Below are positions 41,514-44,851 of a stretch of DNA of 44,851 nt, piece after piece (positions within the stretch are counted from its first letter, which is position 1; the number at the start of each line of letters is the position of its first letter). Below the pieces are notes generated by a model that was not told where the DNA came from, did no database searches, and worked only from the letters and a program-made list of their open reading frames with translations. The translations under genes were made by a program, and so were the position numbers. Origin of the DNA: Andalucia godoyi And28 (lineage: Eukaryota; Protista; Jakobida). Location of the stretch: contig VRVR01000034.1 in assembly GCA_009859145.1 (NCBI GenBank), positions 69,425-114,275 on the forward strand, read 5' to 3'.

Positions 41514-41741
41514 GCATGACCGTCGCTAGTGATGCTGTAATCAAATGTTTCAACCGGGGGCCCTGCCAGCCATTTTTGCAAGCTTAAAATAAAAAAAAGG
41601 ATGAACAAACAAAGGAGATTGCTGCTTTAAATAGTGTTCCCAGAAATTAGCATCTGAACAATTTGGGGCTTTCCCAACCTAAACAGCCTCGAACCTTGGA
41701 TTATTAAGCGAGCAAATCCAGAATGTCAATTTCGTTTGCTT
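41514..41741. repeat. Dispersed non-coding element, short copy (228 bp), lacking 182 nt of the long copy
   Basis: Junction CCCTGCC|AGCCATTTTT at 41567/41568 joins sequences that are 182 nt apart (22778/22961) in the long copy. Confidence 0.95.
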
Positions 41742-41954
41742 CCGCTCATGCATAGCGAAACCTTGGAACATTTTGTTTTTTAACACATATACTCATTTAT
41801 TTTTATATTTTTATAATTCTAATTATTATTATTAATATTATTTTTTTTAAATTATAAAGATGTGAATGACTAAATTAATTATTTATTTTTTGGTGTTTTG
41901 ATTTATTATCCATTGATTTTCACGAGCTGTTGGATTCGAGCACGTAAACTCAAG

Positions 41955-43202
41955 ATGGATGATTTTATGGATCCGCAACATGTTCACCTGGAAGATTCGT
42001 TTCACGTGGATCTTACGGAACCGCTGGATCACCGAAGCACGGATGTGCATGTTGACCACAATGAACACGATGAGCAGACTGAACAAGTGTCGGAAGCGGA
42101 GTCCGATAAGCTGGATCCGTCGCTGCCTTCGTCGTTGTTTGCTGCTCGCGTCTTTCAGCAATTGGATGAAGCTCGAGCGGAAATTGTAATGCTGAAGGAA
42201 CAGCTCGAGGCCGAAATGCAGCTGCGGAGAGATCTGGAAGACAAGGTGGCTCGCTATGAATCACGGTCATCTGACACCGCTGCGCCAACAGCAAGCATTC
42301 AACCTCCAATCAGTGCATCGGACGAAAGCGCTTTTGAATTCTACGTTCGAGTCTTACCGACAGTGGATTCGGGTGACGTGGACGTTGTGTTCCGCAGAAT
42401 GCCTCCAAAGAACGACGTTGAATCGTTCACAAGTGCGCTGCTGAAATCGGTTATTCCGCCGTTGTCACTGCCAGACGTCATCTCCATGAAGGACGAAAAG
42501 AGAGCTGGTGTCGATGATGCCTTGTGGGATCCTAAACGAGCGGTGGCTCTGTGTGTACGTGGTGATGCAAAACTGTGCGAACGTGTGATGATGCATTTGG
42601 CATCGGAGCTGATTGTTAACCAAAGCTTGAGTGAAGACGAGTGCGTCACGGCTGCCTACTTCCTCGGACGCCTGGCTCGGGTAAGTGGGCAACAGGGAGT
42701 TTCGCTTCTCCGAGTTTTTCTCATTGATGTAGTACGTATGCAGAAGCTCGACATCGCGACCATCTTTACGCTGGTGACTTCGTATCCACTAGCGTTCTCG
42801 CTCCGGGGATCCAGGCTTGTTTGTTGGTTTGTTGCGGTCTTGTATCAATGCCAACCAGAAGACGAGGCAGCTCACATGCTCTTCTCCGCAACTTGCAAAC
42901 GAGCTTGCTGGGCTTACCTCAAAATGCCCACCGCTGCCGAATACACAGAGCGCGACTTTCCGGCGTCGTTGATGCTTCCCGAAGGCATTGTGGAGTGGAA
43001 ACAGCTCAACCCGGCCACACACCGATTTCTCATCAGCTACTCTGTACAGCAACTCCAGGCGCTCGAGCAACCGGACGCAACGGCATTGACGGATTCTGGC
43101 ACACATAATCACGCAGTCTTTGCAACAGGCGATCGGCTTGCCCATCGTATCCCGTCGAATGAAATCCGTCGTGTAATGTCCACCGTCGTCAAGAGTAGGT
43201 AG
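41955..43202 (+). CDS. Hypothetical protein (~415 aa): acidic N-terminus, short coiled coil, helical C-terminal domain
   Basis: First ATG at 41955; heptad segment LDEARAEIVMLKEQLEAEMQLRRDLEDKV; long open frame. Confidence 0.75.
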   Translation: MDDFMDPQHVHLEDSFHVDLTEPLDHRSTDVHVDHNEHDEQTEQVSEAESDKLDPSLPSSLFAARVFQQLDEARAEIVMLKEQLEAEMQLRRDLEDKVARYESRSSDTAAPTASIQPPISASDESAFEFYVRVLPTVDSGDVDVVFRRMPPKNDVESFTSALLKSVIPPLSLPDVISMKDEKRAGVDDALWDPKRAVALCVRGDAKLCERVMMHLASELIVNQSLSEDECVTAAYFLGRLARVSGQQGVSLLRVFLIDVVRMQKLDIATIFTLVTSYPLAFSLRGSRLVCWFVAVLYQCQPEDEAAHMLFSATCKRACWAYLKMPTAAEYTERDFPASLMLPEGIVEWKQLNPATHRFLISYSVQQLQALEQPDATALTDSGTHNHAVFATGDRLAHRIPSNEIRRVMSTVVKSR

Positions 43203-43528
43203 CCCCCCACACTGTGCAGTGCACCCTCATTTCCTCGCCCCACAAGCAATGTAAATACGCATCGCCATCTACCAAAAAAACCTCTGATTTATCATTACTG
43301 CTATACCAACAACTCCCACCAAAAACAAAAATCCACTGTTCTTCTTCTTTCTTTCTTTCTTTGTTTCTTTGTTTCTTTCTTGATTTTTGTTTTGTTTCTC
43401 GTTTTCTCGTTATTTTTTTTTCCTCTCTTTGCTATTTCTTCAACAAAAGCATCCGAACTCCACGACGACGGCCACTACCGCCATCGTCGCCATGATGATC
43501 ATCTCGACCACGGGTGGACGAGTGCTGT

Positions 43529-44209
43529 TTAGATGGCAGGAGCAGGGCCCCCGGCAACAGCAGAAGGCTGATGAGCAGGATTATTAAACTTCTGGCCACT
43601 TGGAGCGGCTCCTCTGAGTGCGAGTCTCATGTTCTTCCAGTGCTTGAAGAGCATAAAGGACGCCGGGATGAAGATGAGGAACGTGACGGCCTCGATCAAG
43701 ATCGTGATCGTGTACGGAGTGTAGTCGCACTTCACGTTTTGTGGAGCACCTGTCGTCTTATCGCCACTCTCGCACCAGGTGGACGACGACCGGACATCAT
43801 CTGCATCGAACACCATGCACCCCATCAGCAGTGATCCCGAAACGAAGAGGATGGTGACGTGGATGATGACGCCGAGAGGAATGTACACGTACAGGCAGTA
43901 GACCGAGACAACGGAGGAAAGAAACACGATAAGCGAAAGCGACATGCGGAGACCAGAGTTCACGGGGCGCCAAGAGCACACGGAATACTTGTCATTTCCA
44001 GAGTTTGAGTCCTGGTTCGAAATCCAGCGCGACGGCCGATAGATTGCCGTAAATTGTCCTTTTGTGACGTCTGTGCACTGATCTGAGTTTCCAGTCTGTT
44101 GCTGATTTTGCGTCTGAGAGGCAGAAAGTCCAAACAGAACAAGTGCCACAAGCGTGCAGAAAACCACGCCCACAATTGCAAGATTTGTCTTTGGAATCAC
44201 AACTGCCAT
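43529..44209 (-). CDS. Four-TM (MARVEL/tetraspan-like) membrane protein (226 aa) with Cys pairs in both luminal loops
   Basis: Four hydrophobic segments; loop 1 C...CSW, loop 2 WC...CDYTPY. Confidence 0.8.
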   Translation of the reverse strand: MAVVIPKTNLAIVGVVFCTLVALVLFGLSASQTQNQQQTGNSDQCTDVTKGQFTAIYRPSRWISNQDSNSGNDKYSVCSWRPVNSGLRMSLSLIVFLSSVVSVYCLYVYIPLGVIIHVTILFVSGSLLMGCMVFDADDVRSSSTWCESGDKTTGAPQNVKCDYTPYTITILIEAVTFLIFIPASFMLFKHWKNMRLALRGAAPSGQKFNNPAHQPSAVAGGPAPAI

Positions 44210-44718
44210 TTTTTTTTCCTCTTTTCTTTTTTCTCTTCTTGTGTTTTAGAAACTCTCTCTTCTTGTCCACTCGAGGATATGCAAGATCAAAAAAAGTAAA
44301 TTCAATGAAAAACAATACAAGGAAAGGGGGGAATCAAAACCAATGGAATATATAATATAAAATGAAATTAAAATAAATTAAAATAAAGATAAATAATAAA
44401 AGAGAAGAAGAAGAAGAAGAAAAGGCAAGGCAAGGGAAGGGATTCAAAAAGTATTTAGGGGAAGCACCGAAGGACGGCTAGGCCTTTTGCAGACGGGAAA
44501 ATGACGGAAACGGAGAAAGGGGAAAACGAATGAATGAAAAGGGCATTCGACAATGGCGAGACAAGTTGATGGACAGTTTCTCATCCTGTTCTTGATCGAA
44601 TCAAATTAAGAGAGAAGGTGGTCGACAAATGACGACGAAATGCGTCACCAAAATTGAAATACTCTGGGTTCGAGAAAGTTGTATGCTGACTACAGTAGAT
44701 GAATTCACAGTTTGGCTC

Positions 44719-44751
<33 letters not shown>

Positions 44752-44764
44752 TGAGAGAGAGAGA

Positions 44765-44851
<87 letters not shown>
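44719..44851. repeat. (GT)n(GA)n microsatellite at window end
   Basis: Seen directly. Confidence 0.97.

Noticed and set aside
44013-44026. GGTTCGAAATCC tRNA-like T-loop
   Set aside because: It lies inside the coding sequence of the 4-TM gene, with no tRNA fold.

Overview
Gene-dense nuclear DNA from a unicellular eukaryote (species not identifiable from sequence alone). Both ends lie in (GA)n arrays, so this is probably a whole contig. I can support 18 protein-coding genes, mostly intronless. Four need short GT-AG introns (about 115-185 nt) that the ORF track misses. Recognisable products: PEX10, MMAA/MeaB, a ~2270-aa coiled-coil protein with both the AKAP9/pericentrin N-terminal motif and a PACT domain, a Cabin1/Hir3-like protein, a bacterial-looking alpha/beta hydrolase, a plant-type LRR ectodomain on a multi-pass membrane domain, exportin-6, a divergent DDB1-like protein, WDR27, a flavin amine oxidase and a J-domain protein with acidic and RGG tails. 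The rest are orphans. The most unexplained non-coding signal is a ~98% identical dispersed element at 22725-23133 and 41514-41741. The second copy lacks a 182-nt hairpin-rich core. A 10-mer from the element (AATTTGGGGC followed by CCAA) also recurs at the other two head-to-tail gene junctions. No rRNA, tRNA, CRISPR or transposase is supported. All family calls come from remembered motifs, not database searches.
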